DNA from: Acidobacteriota bacterium
GTDB lineage: Bacteria; Acidobacteriota; UBA6911
Direction of reading: 5' to 3'
Assembly (NCBI GenBank): GCA_012719455.1
Contig: JAAYAJ010000019.1
Location: 273-64,272 of the forward strand
Length of the DNA stretch: 64,000 nucleotides
A program made the position numbers and the translations under genes. The notes below the pieces were generated by a model. That model was not told where the DNA came from, did not search any database, and saw only the letters and a list, made by a program, of their open reading frames with translations. Shown here piece by piece: positions 16,766 to 25,704 of this stretch. Within the stretch, counting starts at the first letter, position 1; each line of letters starts with the position of its first letter.

Positions 16766-17749
16766 ATGTCCGCGCGAAAACTCAAGGAAGAGACCGAGTT
16801 TTTTTACGCCTACCTGCGCCAGAATGGACTGAAAAAGACCTACCAGAAAGACCTGATTCTCGAGACCTTCCTCAACACCGAGGGGCACCTGAGCGTCGAG
16901 GATATCTACGCCCTGATCAAGAAGCGGGACCGCAAGGTCGGAGTGGTCACCGTTTTTCGCACGCTCAAATCGCTCGTCGCCTGCGGCATCGCCCGGGAGA
17001 TCACGCTGGGCGACGGACTGACCCGGTTCGAGCACCACTACCGCCACCCGTTCCACCACCATATCATCTGCACCGAGTGCCACCGCATCATCGAGTTCGT
17101 CTGCCCCGAACTCGAGCGGATCCAGGGGGAGATCCTCCGGAAATACAATTTCCAACCGGTCGACCACCAGTTCCAGTCCTACGGCTTGTGCGAGGATTGC
17201 CGCGAGCGGCGCACTCCCGTAAAGCGGCCCCAGCACGACACCGACAAGATCTTCGCCCGCGACGCCGTCAGGATGGCGCTCGAGGTGGCTGCGCATTTCC
17301 TTGAGTTCTACCGGTCGGCCGAGAGGCGGAACCAGGACCCGGAAGGAAAGAGGGTGTGGGCCTGCATGGCGGAGGAGGAGGAGCGCCAGATCGCCGGGCT
17401 CATCGACAGGCTCGATGAAATCATCCGCCAGGAGAAGGACCTGGAAAGCGCCCCGGTGTTCCTGCACCTGGAGCCCCGGCGCCTCGAGTCGCTCCTCCCC
17501 GACCTCGCGGACTACGAACGGGACGGGGAATTCCGGATGGATGCCCGGGCATCGCTCAGTCTCGCGCAGACGCTGGGCCGTGCTTCGGCCGAATTTTTCC
17601 GCGCCTTCGCGGAGCAGTTCGGCGACACCCAGGGAAAGCGGATCATGCTGGCCTTCGCCGGGTGGGAGGAATCCCATGTGGACGCCGTCCGCCAGGCGCT
17701 GGAACAGAACAGGGGCGGGCCCGGCAAAGCCGAGGCCGGCCGCCAGTAG
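16766..17749 (+). CDS. Fur-family transcriptional regulator fused to a ~170-aa C-terminal helical domain
   Basis: Residues 1-146 are Fur-like: a winged helix, the His-rich HHYRHPFHHH, then CTEC and CEDC. Residues ~160-327 are Glu/His-rich predicted helices (ALEVAAH, AEEEE, WEESH). Confidence 0.75.
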   Translation: MSARKLKEETEFFYAYLRQNGLKKTYQKDLILETFLNTEGHLSVEDIYALIKKRDRKVGVVTVFRTLKSLVACGIAREITLGDGLTRFEHHYRHPFHHHIICTECHRIIEFVCPELERIQGEILRKYNFQPVDHQFQSYGLCEDCRERRTPVKRPQHDTDKIFARDAVRMALEVAAHFLEFYRSAERRNQDPEGKRVWACMAEEEERQIAGLIDRLDEIIRQEKDLESAPVFLHLEPRRLESLLPDLADYERDGEFRMDARASLSLAQTLGRASAEFFRAFAEQFGDTQGKRIMLAFAGWEESHVDAVRQALEQNRGGPGKAEAGRQ

Positions 17750-17757
17750 GGGGGGAT

Positions 17758-18252
17758 ATGGATCGGCAGAAACCGCTCGGCATCTGGGAGAGGATGTACC
17801 TGGGGGAAGCGGCGCGCGGGCTGGCGCTGACCGCCCGTCATTTCCTCGTCAATTTCCCGCGCCACGTCGCCCGCGGCATCGGGATCGGGGTGGGGAAGGG
17901 GAACACGGTCACCATAGAATACCCCGAGGAGCGGCGCCCCTTTCCCCGCAGGCTGCGCACACGCCACCGGCTCATGCGGCGCTCCGACGGATCGCCCCGG
18001 TGCGTGGCCTGCATGATGTGCGCAACCATCTGCCCGGCCCGTTGCATCCATATCAGGGCCGGGGAACACCCCGACCCCAACATCGAAAAAAGGCCGCTCG
18101 AGTTCGACATCGACCTGGGGGTGTGTGTTTTTTGCGGGTTCTGCGTGGAGGCGTGCCCCGAGGACGCCATCCGGATGGACACCGGGGTGGTGGAGTTGTC
18201 GACCTACACCCGGGAAGGGATGATCTATCGCATGGATCAGCTGCTCGCCTGA
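17758..18252 (+). CDS. nuoI: NADH-quinone oxidoreductase subunit I (2x[4Fe-4S] ferredoxin type)
   Basis: CVACMMCATICP and CVFCGFCVEACP, with a NuoI-like N-terminus. Starts 8 nt after the Fur-fusion stop. Confidence 0.85.
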   Translation: MDRQKPLGIWERMYLGEAARGLALTARHFLVNFPRHVARGIGIGVGKGNTVTIEYPEERRPFPRRLRTRHRLMRRSDGSPRCVACMMCATICPARCIHIRAGEHPDPNIEKRPLEFDIDLGVCVFCGFCVEACPEDAIRMDTGVVELSTYTREGMIYRMDQLLA

Positions 18253-19079
18253 CCCCGCCCGGCGTTTTTCACCCCGCGCACCGCTTCCCGCATCCGGCGC
18301 ACGTCCAGGTTCTTCCTGGCCGCCACCAGCTCCGCGGCGACGCTGGCGGCGATCTCCTCCGGCGTTTCCGAATCGATGTCGAAGCCCGCCGGGATGCACA
18401 CCCGTTCCAATTCCCGCGGATCCACCCCCTCGCGCCGCATGGCGTCGAAGAGGATGTTCGTCTTTGCCAGGCTGCCCAGCATCCCGATATAACGGGCCGA
18501 AGCCCCGGAGGCGAAACGGAGACAGGCGCGGTCGGTCTTCGGCCGCTGGGTCGCGATGAAGAAATAGGAGGCCGCGGGCACCGCGAGAGCGGACAGGTCC
18601 GCCTCCCAATCCTGGACGAGCCGGACCACCGCGCCGGGAAAGCGCTCCGCGCGCGCGTATTCCGCGCGGTCGTCCAGCACCGTGATTCGGAACCCGAGCG
18701 GAGCGGCGGCCGCAGCCACGGCGCCTGCCACGTGTCCCGCCCCGAAAATGAATAGGGCGGGATCGGGGAGAACGGCTTCCAGGTAGATCTGCATCGAACC
18801 TCCGCACACGAGCGCACGCTCGTCATGATCGATACCGGATAGATCGAACGTCATCAGGCGCGACTTTCCACTCTCGATGAGACGGGCGGCCTCCCGGCAG
18901 ACTTCCTCCTCGACGAGCCCGCCCCCCACGCTCCCGATGCGCTCCCCGCCCTCGATCCAGATCATCTTGGCCGCGTCCTTGCGCGGGCTCGCTCCCTGGT
19001 GGGCGATCACGATGGCCAGAACCGAACGCCGTCCCTCGGCGCGCAGTGCCGCACTTTTCCCGAACAGATCCTCGCGCAT
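18237..19079 (-). CDS. XdhC/CoxI family accessory protein
   Basis: GSVGGG, CGGSMQIYLE and IFGAGHVAGA motifs. Overlaps the convergent nuoI 3' end by 16 nt. Confidence 0.75.
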   Translation of the reverse strand: MREDLFGKSAALRAEGRRSVLAIVIAHQGASPRKDAAKMIWIEGGERIGSVGGGLVEEEVCREAARLIESGKSRLMTFDLSGIDHDERALVCGGSMQIYLEAVLPDPALFIFGAGHVAGAVAAAAAPLGFRITVLDDRAEYARAERFPGAVVRLVQDWEADLSALAVPAASYFFIATQRPKTDRACLRFASGASARYIGMLGSLAKTNILFDAMRREGVDPRELERVCIPAGFDIDSETPEEIAASVAAELVAARKNLDVRRMREAVRGVKNAGRGQASS

Positions 19080-19176
19080 TTCATGAAGGTATCACACGCC
19101 GTGCGCGGGCCCAAGACGCGATCGGGGCATTGACTGCGGCCTTCGCCCCAATGTACTATCAACCCTTTGCCATCCC

Positions 19177-20649
19177 ATGGCTTATGGGGTCGCGGCCCGA
19201 TCGGGACCCTGCAGCCACTTCGACGCCACAGGGGGAGTCTTGAGCGATCCAGCAAACACGTTCGATGTTGCCGTCCTGGGAAGCGGGCCTGGAGGGTACG
19301 TGGCCGCGATCAGGGGGAGCCAGCTGGGGCTGCGTGTTGCCCTCGTCGAGCCCTATGCCCGTTTCGGCGGCACTTGCCTGCACCAGGGGTGTGTCCCCAC
19401 CAAGGCGCTGGCGGAGGCCGCCCGCCTCTACCGGCAGGCCTTGAAGGGAAAGGAATACGGCGTCCTCTGCGCCGACCTCCGGTTCGACCTCGCCCTGGCA
19501 CGGGCGCGCAAGGAGCGCCTGGTCAAGAAACTCTCCGCGGGGATCGAGTTTTTGCTGAAAAAAAACCGGGTCGATACGATCCGGGGGAGCGGCAGGCTGG
19601 GGGCCCCGGGGGTGGTGGAGGTACGGGGCGAGGAGGGGATGAGGGAGATCCGCGCCCGCCATATCGTCATCGCCACGGGGTCCGAGAACAAGAACCTTCC
19701 CGGCCTCGAGCCGGACGGCCGGAATATCATCTCCCACAAGGAGATCCTCGAACTGGACCGGGTGCCGGGGAGCCTCCTCGTCGTCGGGGCGGGCTCTATC
19801 GGCATCGAGTTCGCCTCCATCCTCTCCCTTTTCGGATCCCGGGTCACGGTGGTTGAAATGTTGCCGCGCATCCTTCCGCTCGAGGACCCGGAGATCTCCA
19901 GGGAGTTGCAGAAGATCCTCACCAGGCAGGGGATCCGTTTCCTGACCGGCGCCCGGGTCGAACGGCTCGAGGCGTGGGAGGAAGGGGTCCATGCGGAGAT
20001 CGTCGATGCGGAAGGGAAGCAGGAGAAGATCGAAGTGGACAAGGCGTTGATCGCCGTGGGACGATCGCCCTCGACCCGGGACCTTGGACTCGAACAGGCG
20101 GGTGTGGAGACCAAAGAAGGGTTTATCCCGGTCGACGGTGACATGCGGACCAATGTCGCGGGGATCTACGCCATCGGCGACGTCGTGCCGACTCCGGCTC
20201 TGGCGCACCTGGCGTCGCACGAAGGGATGGCCGCAGTGGAAGCCATCGCCCGCGGTCGGGCGACTCCCATCAACTACGACCTGGTTCCCGCCTGCACCTT
20301 CTGCCACCCCAAGGTAGCCAGCGTGGGGCTCACTGAACCGGAGGCGGCTCGGCGGGGGTTCGACGTGGTCGTGGGCCGCTTCCCGTTCGCCGCGGTGAGC
20401 CTGGCGACCATCCTGGGCGAAAACTCCGGCTTCGTCAAAATCGTCAGTGAAAAAGGGAACGGGCGGATCCTCGGAGTGCACATGATCGGCCCGCACGTCA
20501 CCGAACTGATATCTGAGGGGACCGCCATTATCGGCCTGAGGGGGAGTGCGGCCGACGTTTCCGCCCTGATCCACCCACACCCCACCCTTTCCGAGGGACT
20601 GATGGAGGCGGCCCGGGCGCTGTATGCCGGGGCCGCCATCCATATCTGA
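19177..20649 (+). CDS. lpdA: Dihydrolipoyl dehydrogenase
   Basis: FDVAVLGSGPGGYVAA, GGTCLHQGCVPTK redox disulfide, VVGAGSIGIEFA, and C-terminal HPHPTLSE. The start codon is uncertain and may lie downstream. Confidence 0.88.
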   Translation: MAYGVAARSGPCSHFDATGGVLSDPANTFDVAVLGSGPGGYVAAIRGSQLGLRVALVEPYARFGGTCLHQGCVPTKALAEAARLYRQALKGKEYGVLCADLRFDLALARARKERLVKKLSAGIEFLLKKNRVDTIRGSGRLGAPGVVEVRGEEGMREIRARHIVIATGSENKNLPGLEPDGRNIISHKEILELDRVPGSLLVVGAGSIGIEFASILSLFGSRVTVVEMLPRILPLEDPEISRELQKILTRQGIRFLTGARVERLEAWEEGVHAEIVDAEGKQEKIEVDKALIAVGRSPSTRDLGLEQAGVETKEGFIPVDGDMRTNVAGIYAIGDVVPTPALAHLASHEGMAAVEAIARGRATPINYDLVPACTFCHPKVASVGLTEPEAARRGFDVVVGRFPFAAVSLATILGENSGFVKIVSEKGNGRILGVHMIGPHVTELISEGTAIIGLRGSAADVSALIHPHPTLSEGLMEAARALYAGAAIHI

Positions 20650-20656
20650 GCGGCTT

Positions 20657-21370
20657 ATGCATCCGGTCGAATGCCTAGCCGTCTGGCTGGGGCGATTGCC
20701 GTTTTCCGAAGCCCTGGAGCTGCAGATGCGGATCTGCGGGCTCAAGAAACAGGGCGAAGGTCCCGACGTGCTCCTGCTGGTGGAGCACCCCCCCACGATC
20801 ACCCTGGGCCGAAACGGCGGGCGCGAGCACCTGCTCGTGGACGAGGAGACGCTCGGGCGCAGGGGGATCGAAATGCACCACGTCGATCGCGGCGGGGCGA
20901 TCACCTACCACGGTCCGGGGCAGCTGGTCGGCTACCCGCTCCTGATGCTGGGAAAGGGGGAGCGCAATGTGCGGGGCTACATGCGCAACCTGGAGCAATC
21001 GCTCATCGACCTGGTCGCCGCCTACGGGGTAGCCGCGGGACGGGAGGAGGGCTACACGGGAGTCTGGACCCCCGGCGGCAAGGTTGCGGCCATGGGTGTC
21101 CACATCAGCCGATGGGTGACACGCCACGGCTTCGCGCTGAACATCAACACCGACCTCACCTACTACGACCTGATCGTCCCGTGCGGGATCATCGGGAAGA
21201 GCGTCACTTCCCTGTGCGCGCTGCTGGGCCGTCCGCTGGACCTGGAGGAGGTGGCCGACCGGTACCTGCCCTGTTTCGGCGCGGTGTTCGGGCGCACCAT
21301 GACCGCGGTCGACCGGGGTTTTCTTGAAAGTATATTTGGAGGGTCCCCCGGGGTTCAGTCGGAAATGTAG
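20657..21370 (+). CDS. lipB: Lipoyl(octanoyl) transferase
   Basis: LLLVEHPPTITLGR, RGGAITYHGPGQLVGYP, KVAAMGV and VPCGI motifs. Confidence 0.88.
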   Translation: MHPVECLAVWLGRLPFSEALELQMRICGLKKQGEGPDVLLLVEHPPTITLGRNGGREHLLVDEETLGRRGIEMHHVDRGGAITYHGPGQLVGYPLLMLGKGERNVRGYMRNLEQSLIDLVAAYGVAAGREEGYTGVWTPGGKVAAMGVHISRWVTRHGFALNINTDLTYYDLIVPCGIIGKSVTSLCALLGRPLDLEEVADRYLPCFGAVFGRTMTAVDRGFLESIFGGSPGVQSEM

Positions 21371-22413
21371 CGACCGGTGTGGATGTAATTCATCACGATG
21401 GCGGTCCCGAGCGAGGCCAGGGAGGCCAGGTTGTGACTTTCCCTCCCGGGAACCTGGACGAGTTGGAGATCGCTGCAGCAGCGGGCTAACCAGCCGATGA
21501 CGGGGGCCACCACCCGGTCGCGCGCCCCGGTCCAGCGCGAAATCGTCTCCAGCAGGAAGCCCCGGTTCTTGTGGATCAGTTCGCTGGCCGGAATCGCCCG
21601 CTTGTATCCGTTGGTGGGCGAAGAGAAGATCCTGTGCAGTTCCTCGTCGTACACCCCCAGCGCCTTGGCCTTGAAGCGGGCGAGCGCGCGCCCGTAATAC
21701 TCGATCAGGGTGTAGGTTTTCGAATCATACGGGGAGTCGAGGTAGCCGGCGCCGACGACGGGTTTTTTCCGGGCGATCCTCTTCATGGTCCTGTCCATGT
21801 ATTCGAGCTTTCTAATGGCGGGCCAACGGCCGTAGACCTTCCTCCAGTTCGAACGGGGGGTCAACCAGACCGAAAAGGTTTCCGCGAAATCTTCGTCGGG
21901 GTGGGCCTGGGCGTAATATTTCGGATTGTTCAAGCTTTTTACGTAGGATTTGCTGTATGGATTAAACTTATACTTGAAGTTTATGGGGTATTTAGCGTTA
22001 AAATCACCAAATATTTCCTCCCACTCGGGGTCCTGGTACAATCGGTAGGCGTAGTTGACGGCGTGTCCCGCCTCGTGCCGGAGCAGGAGGAGAAGGTCCT
22101 TCCTGTCGTAGCGCATGTACCCCATCTCCTGCTCAATGCGCAACAGGCGCCGGTCGGCGAGATAGAAGGGGATACCGATGATGGGCACCCGGTCGGGGCA
22201 CCCCCACTCGTCCCCGGCGCAAGAGAAGTAATAGGGGGGCTTGAAGCGAAAGCCCTTGCGATCCATTTCATCGTAAAGCTTCTGGATACAACGATATAAA
22301 AGAGTTTCCTCCAGGCGCAATTCGAGGTCGCACACCCGCGTGTTGAGCAGGGCGTACCTTTCCGTCTCCCAGTTGTGCTTGAATGCAAGCGCCGTCGCCA
22401 TCAGGCCCGCCAT
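21355..22413 (-). CDS. Putative zinc-binding metallopeptidase (HExxH, Peptidase_Mx-like)
   Basis: LLLLRHEAGHAVNY (HEAGH) and HPDEDFAETF. The gene has AT-richer stretches than its surroundings. Family assignment is from memory only. Confidence 0.55.
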   Translation of the reverse strand: MAGLMATALAFKHNWETERYALLNTRVCDLELRLEETLLYRCIQKLYDEMDRKGFRFKPPYYFSCAGDEWGCPDRVPIIGIPFYLADRRLLRIEQEMGYMRYDRKDLLLLLRHEAGHAVNYAYRLYQDPEWEEIFGDFNAKYPINFKYKFNPYSKSYVKSLNNPKYYAQAHPDEDFAETFSVWLTPRSNWRKVYGRWPAIRKLEYMDRTMKRIARKKPVVGAGYLDSPYDSKTYTLIEYYGRALARFKAKALGVYDEELHRIFSSPTNGYKRAIPASELIHKNRGFLLETISRWTGARDRVVAPVIGWLARCCSDLQLVQVPGRESHNLASLASLGTAIVMNYIHTGRYISD

Positions 22414-22519
22414 CCTTGTTAATCCAGATTATATGCGACCGGGGTGCGGGGGACTAGCGAATTGTGACAAAACTTGCATTACTGTATGTTACTGAAATAT
22501 TTGAACTTGTTCTGCAGAG

Positions 22520-22876
22520 CTAGGGAGACGGCGACGGCGGGGAGATCCGGATTTCGGAAGCGACTCCGTCCAGGTCGACACCGCTTTTCTTCACTTTTTT
22601 CAGTTCCATTTCGACCTGGATCGCGGAAAACTGCTCCAGGCTTTCGAATTCAACCGGCTTTCCGTCCATCGTGATCTTGGCCGCGGAGGCGTCAAGAAGA
22701 TACTTTTTCTTATCAGCGATACTGGAGACCAGGATCAGTTTTTCCGAGCTGGAAATGGAAAGGAGGCGATAGGCGCCGGCTTCCAGCGCCGGCGCCCGGA
22801 CCACGAGCCCTGCCGAACCCTGCGCCAGCAGCAGGACAAAAAGGATCCGCGCCCATGATCTCCCGATTTTTCGCAT
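22520..22876 (-). CDS. Small secreted hypothetical protein
   Basis: Signal-peptide-like N-terminus (ILFVLLLAQGSAG). 118 aa. No family recognised. Confidence 0.45.
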   Translation of the reverse strand: MRKIGRSWARILFVLLLAQGSAGLVVRAPALEAGAYRLLSISSSEKLILVSSIADKKKYLLDASAAKITMDGKPVEFESLEQFSAIQVEMELKKVKKSGVDLDGVASEIRISPPSPSP

Positions 22877-22952
22877 TCCGACTCTCCTTGCGGCTGTATA
22901 GTATTATAGCCGAAAGCAGATTGACGATCGCCTTTTTTATGGAGCGAGAACC

Positions 22953-24170
22953 ATGGAGACCGCCGCCCGCCGCCTGGTTGTTTTATTGGTGCTGATGATT
23001 CTTTCCTGCGGCACCGCCCCGGGCCGGACCTTTCTGGTTTTCCCCTTCGATGAATCGTTTGCCGGGGACGCCCTCGATTGGGTGGGAGAAGGGATCGCCC
23101 AATCCCTCTCCGATCAGCTCGAGGAGATGGGCGTCGGCGTCATCGGCCGCGCCGCGCGCCTGGAACTGGTGGAAAGCAACGACCTCCCCCCATCGGCGCG
23201 TTTGAGCCGGGGGACCATGATCCGGGTGGCGCAGGCCTCCGGGGCCGACGTCCTGGTCTTCGGCCGCTGCGGTGGGGCGGAAGAGGGTCTCGAGATCTCG
23301 CTGCGCACCCTCGATGTGGCGTCGCTCCGGCTCGGCGGGGAGATCGCGGCCGCAGGTCCCCTGGCGGCGCTGCCGCAGCTCGAAAACGAGTTGGTCTGGA
23401 GAATGCTCCTGCACACCGGGCTTGACGGCGGCATCCCGCGGGAAAGGGTCGCAGCCCTGACCCGAAAGATCCCCAATCCCGCCTGGGCCAGTTACATCCG
23501 AAGTTTTTCAGCCCCGAGCGAAAAGGAACAGATGCGGCTCCTCTCGGCGGCCCTTGCGGACGGCGCCCCTTTTCCGGCGGCTCATTTTTACCTGGGGCGC
23601 CTCCACTATCAAAACCGGCAGTGGCCCCAAGCCGTTTCCCACCTGCTGCATGCGACCGGAACCGGATTGTCCCAATGGCAGCGGGACTTCTGGCTGGGCA
23701 ACAGCCTCATGCAGTCGGGGCGCTTCCTGGAGGCGATCCGCGCCCTGTCGCCGGCGGCCTTCCTGCGGCAGCACCCGCCGGCGCTCAACAATTTCGGCGT
23801 CACCTGTCTCCGGATCGGGGAAGACACCGCCGCCTCCTACGCCTTCGCCTTCGCCCATGCCCGTGCCCCGCACGACCCGACCATCGCCGGCAACCTGGCC
23901 CTGACGCGCAGCCTGCGGGGGGATTCCCGCACCGCGCTCGCGGAGCTCGAGAAGACGATCCCAACCTACCCGGAAAGCGGCATGCTCCACTTCATCCGGG
24001 GCTTCCTGTTGCGCGCCAACGGGGACGCCGGCCGGGCGGCCGACGCCTTCGACAGGGCGAAGAACCTGGGCGTTTCCCTGGAAAAACTGGAATCGCCCGA
24101 CCCGCGCAGTTGGAGCCGCCCGCTGCTGCAGGAGCAGCCGTCCGGCGGCGGCTGGGGAGCGGCAAAATAA
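22953..24170 (+). CDS. TPR-repeat lipoprotein
   Basis: LMILSC lipobox-like N-terminus. C-terminal half has TPR-like repeats (LGRLHYQNRQWPQA, LGNSLMQSGRFLEA). Confidence 0.6.
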   Translation: METAARRLVVLLVLMILSCGTAPGRTFLVFPFDESFAGDALDWVGEGIAQSLSDQLEEMGVGVIGRAARLELVESNDLPPSARLSRGTMIRVAQASGADVLVFGRCGGAEEGLEISLRTLDVASLRLGGEIAAAGPLAALPQLENELVWRMLLHTGLDGGIPRERVAALTRKIPNPAWASYIRSFSAPSEKEQMRLLSAALADGAPFPAAHFYLGRLHYQNRQWPQAVSHLLHATGTGLSQWQRDFWLGNSLMQSGRFLEAIRALSPAAFLRQHPPALNNFGVTCLRIGEDTAASYAFAFAHARAPHDPTIAGNLALTRSLRGDSRTALAELEKTIPTYPESGMLHFIRGFLLRANGDAGRAADAFDRAKNLGVSLEKLESPDPRSWSRPLLQEQPSGGGWGAAK

Positions 24171-24184
24171 GATCGCCCGGCATC

Positions 24185-24213
24185 TTGACAACCACCGCGC
24201 GCACCCATAAGAT
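24185..24213 (+). promoter_or_regulatory. Sigma70-like promoter candidate for tRNA-Leu
   Basis: TTGACA (24185-24190), a 17-nt spacer, then TAAGAT (24208-24213). The tRNA starts 14 nt later. Confidence 0.45.
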
Positions 24214-24227
24214 AGCGAATCTGAAAT

Positions 24228-24314
24228 GCCGAAGTGGCGGAATTGGCAGACGCGCTAGGTTCAGGGTCTAGTGGGCTTAAGCTCGTGGGGGTTCGACTCC
24301 CCCCTTCGGCACCA
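24228..24314 (+). tRNA. tRNA-Leu (anticodon CAG), class II long variable arm, CCA encoded
   Basis: Acceptor GCCGAAG/CTTCGGC, anticodon stem CTAGG/TCTAG with loop TTCAGGG, long variable arm, T arm GGGGG-TTCGACT-CCCCC. Confidence 0.92.
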
Positions 24315-24325
24315 TCCCTTGTCTA

Positions 24326-25276
24326 TCATCCATAAACCTCAACCGGCACCGGGATGAAGGAGAGCACCAGGATCGCCAGGACGACCAGGGCGAGCCAGTG
24401 CCGGGCGGCGCCCAGGGGTTCGCCGTCGTCGAGCGTCGCCGGGTGGTAAAAGCGCACCCGGAGCCCGATCACGAGCAGCATCGCGGCGAAGAGGAGATAG
24501 GAGGGAGTGGGCCAGCCGGCGAGCCCCACCCCCGCCAGGGCGCCCAGGGCTGCGATCGAAAGGCTTTTCTGCCGCTTGCGGCCCAGGATGGCATAGGCGA
24601 TGTGCCCTCCGTCGAGTTGCCAGATGGGCAGGAGATTCAAGCTGGTGACCAGGAGCCCGATCCAGGCCGCCATCACCACCGGGTGCGCCAGGAGATCCTG
24701 GCGTGCAGGCGCGTACCCCACGAGCAGCATCCCCGCCAGCCGGAACAGGAGCGGTTCGCCGAAACTCAGCCCCCCGCCGTCCAGCGCCCCCTTGGGTACC
24801 AGGGTGGACAGGCGGAAGCCGACGGCCATAACCGGCAGCGTGACCGCAAAGCCCGCGAGCGGACCGGCGATCCCGATGTCGAACAGCGCCCGCAAGCCCC
24901 GAAACGGGGATCGGATCCGGATGAAGGCGCCCAGGGTGCCGGTCAGGGGGAAGGGGGCGGGAATGAACCACGGGGGGCTGGCCTGCATCCGGTAGTAGCG
25001 GCAGGCGAGAAAATGGCCGAATTCGTGGGCAAGCAGGATGGCAAGGAGCGACAGGGAGAAGGGAAGCCCCAGCAGGAGGATCCCGGGGCGGGAGAGCGCG
25101 AGGCGGAGGAGGAAAAAGAGCTCCGGGCCACCCAGGGCATAGAAGAGGCCGGCGAGAGTGGTGGTGATGAATGTGACCCCCAGCAGTGCCCAGAAGGCGC
25201 CCCATTGCCGCCGGGTAGGCCCCGGATTTTCGTGGATTCCCGGAAGAATGGAGGTCACAATCGGGCTTTCTGGCAA
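24326..25276 (-). CDS. Site-2 protease family (M50) membrane metalloprotease
   Basis: LLAHEFGHFLA (HExxH) within a polytopic membrane protein, with the downstream LNLLPIWQLDGGH motif. Confidence 0.8.
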   Translation of the reverse strand: MPESPIVTSILPGIHENPGPTRRQWGAFWALLGVTFITTTLAGLFYALGGPELFFLLRLALSRPGILLLGLPFSLSLLAILLAHEFGHFLACRYYRMQASPPWFIPAPFPLTGTLGAFIRIRSPFRGLRALFDIGIAGPLAGFAVTLPVMAVGFRLSTLVPKGALDGGGLSFGEPLLFRLAGMLLVGYAPARQDLLAHPVVMAAWIGLLVTSLNLLPIWQLDGGHIAYAILGRKRQKSLSIAALGALAGVGLAGWPTPSYLLFAAMLLVIGLRVRFYHPATLDDGEPLGAARHWLALVVLAILVLSFIPVPVEVYG

Positions 25277-25291
25277 CTGCGGAGCGAGGCT

Positions 25292-25582
25292 CTACCCTTC
25301 GGCGTCGGGCGCGATCTTTTCGGCGCGGATCTCCTTGCCCGGCTTGAATCGGATGGTCTTTCCAGGGGGAATGGCCACTTCCTCCCCAGTGCGTGGATTG
25401 CGTCCGACGCCGCTTTTCCTGGGCTTTACGATAAAGACCCCAAACCCGCGCAGTTCAATTCTTTCGCCGCGCTTCAGCGCGTTCTTGAGCGAATTGAACA
25501 CAGATTCCACCGCAATTTCCGCCTTGACCTTGGTGATATTCAGCTGCTCCGCGACGCGGTTTACGATGTCCTGCTTTATCAC
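25292..25582 (-). CDS. HU/IHF family DNA-binding protein (IHF-beta-like)
   Basis: RGFGVFIVKPRKSGVGRNPRTGEEVAIPPGKTIRFKPG. GTG 25582 follows GGGAGG. Confidence 0.85.
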   Translation of the reverse strand: MIKQDIVNRVAEQLNITKVKAEIAVESVFNSLKNALKRGERIELRGFGVFIVKPRKSGVGRNPRTGEEVAIPPGKTIRFKPGKEIRAEKIAPDAEG

Positions 25583-25704
25583 GCTGAACCTCCCATAAAT
25601 TGGTGAGAGCATTTTACTTGTGGTCAAAAACGCTGTCAAGCCATTTCTATTTACATGATTTTGCGCGGATGATAGACTCGCTACCTTTCAAGGAGTCCGC
25701 GCAG

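Noticed and set aside
22440-22500. TTACTGTATGTTACTG upstream of the HExxH peptidase gene resembled half of an E. coli-type SOS box.
   Set aside because: There is no CTGT-N8-ACAG symmetry. It is only a short direct repeat of TTACTG.
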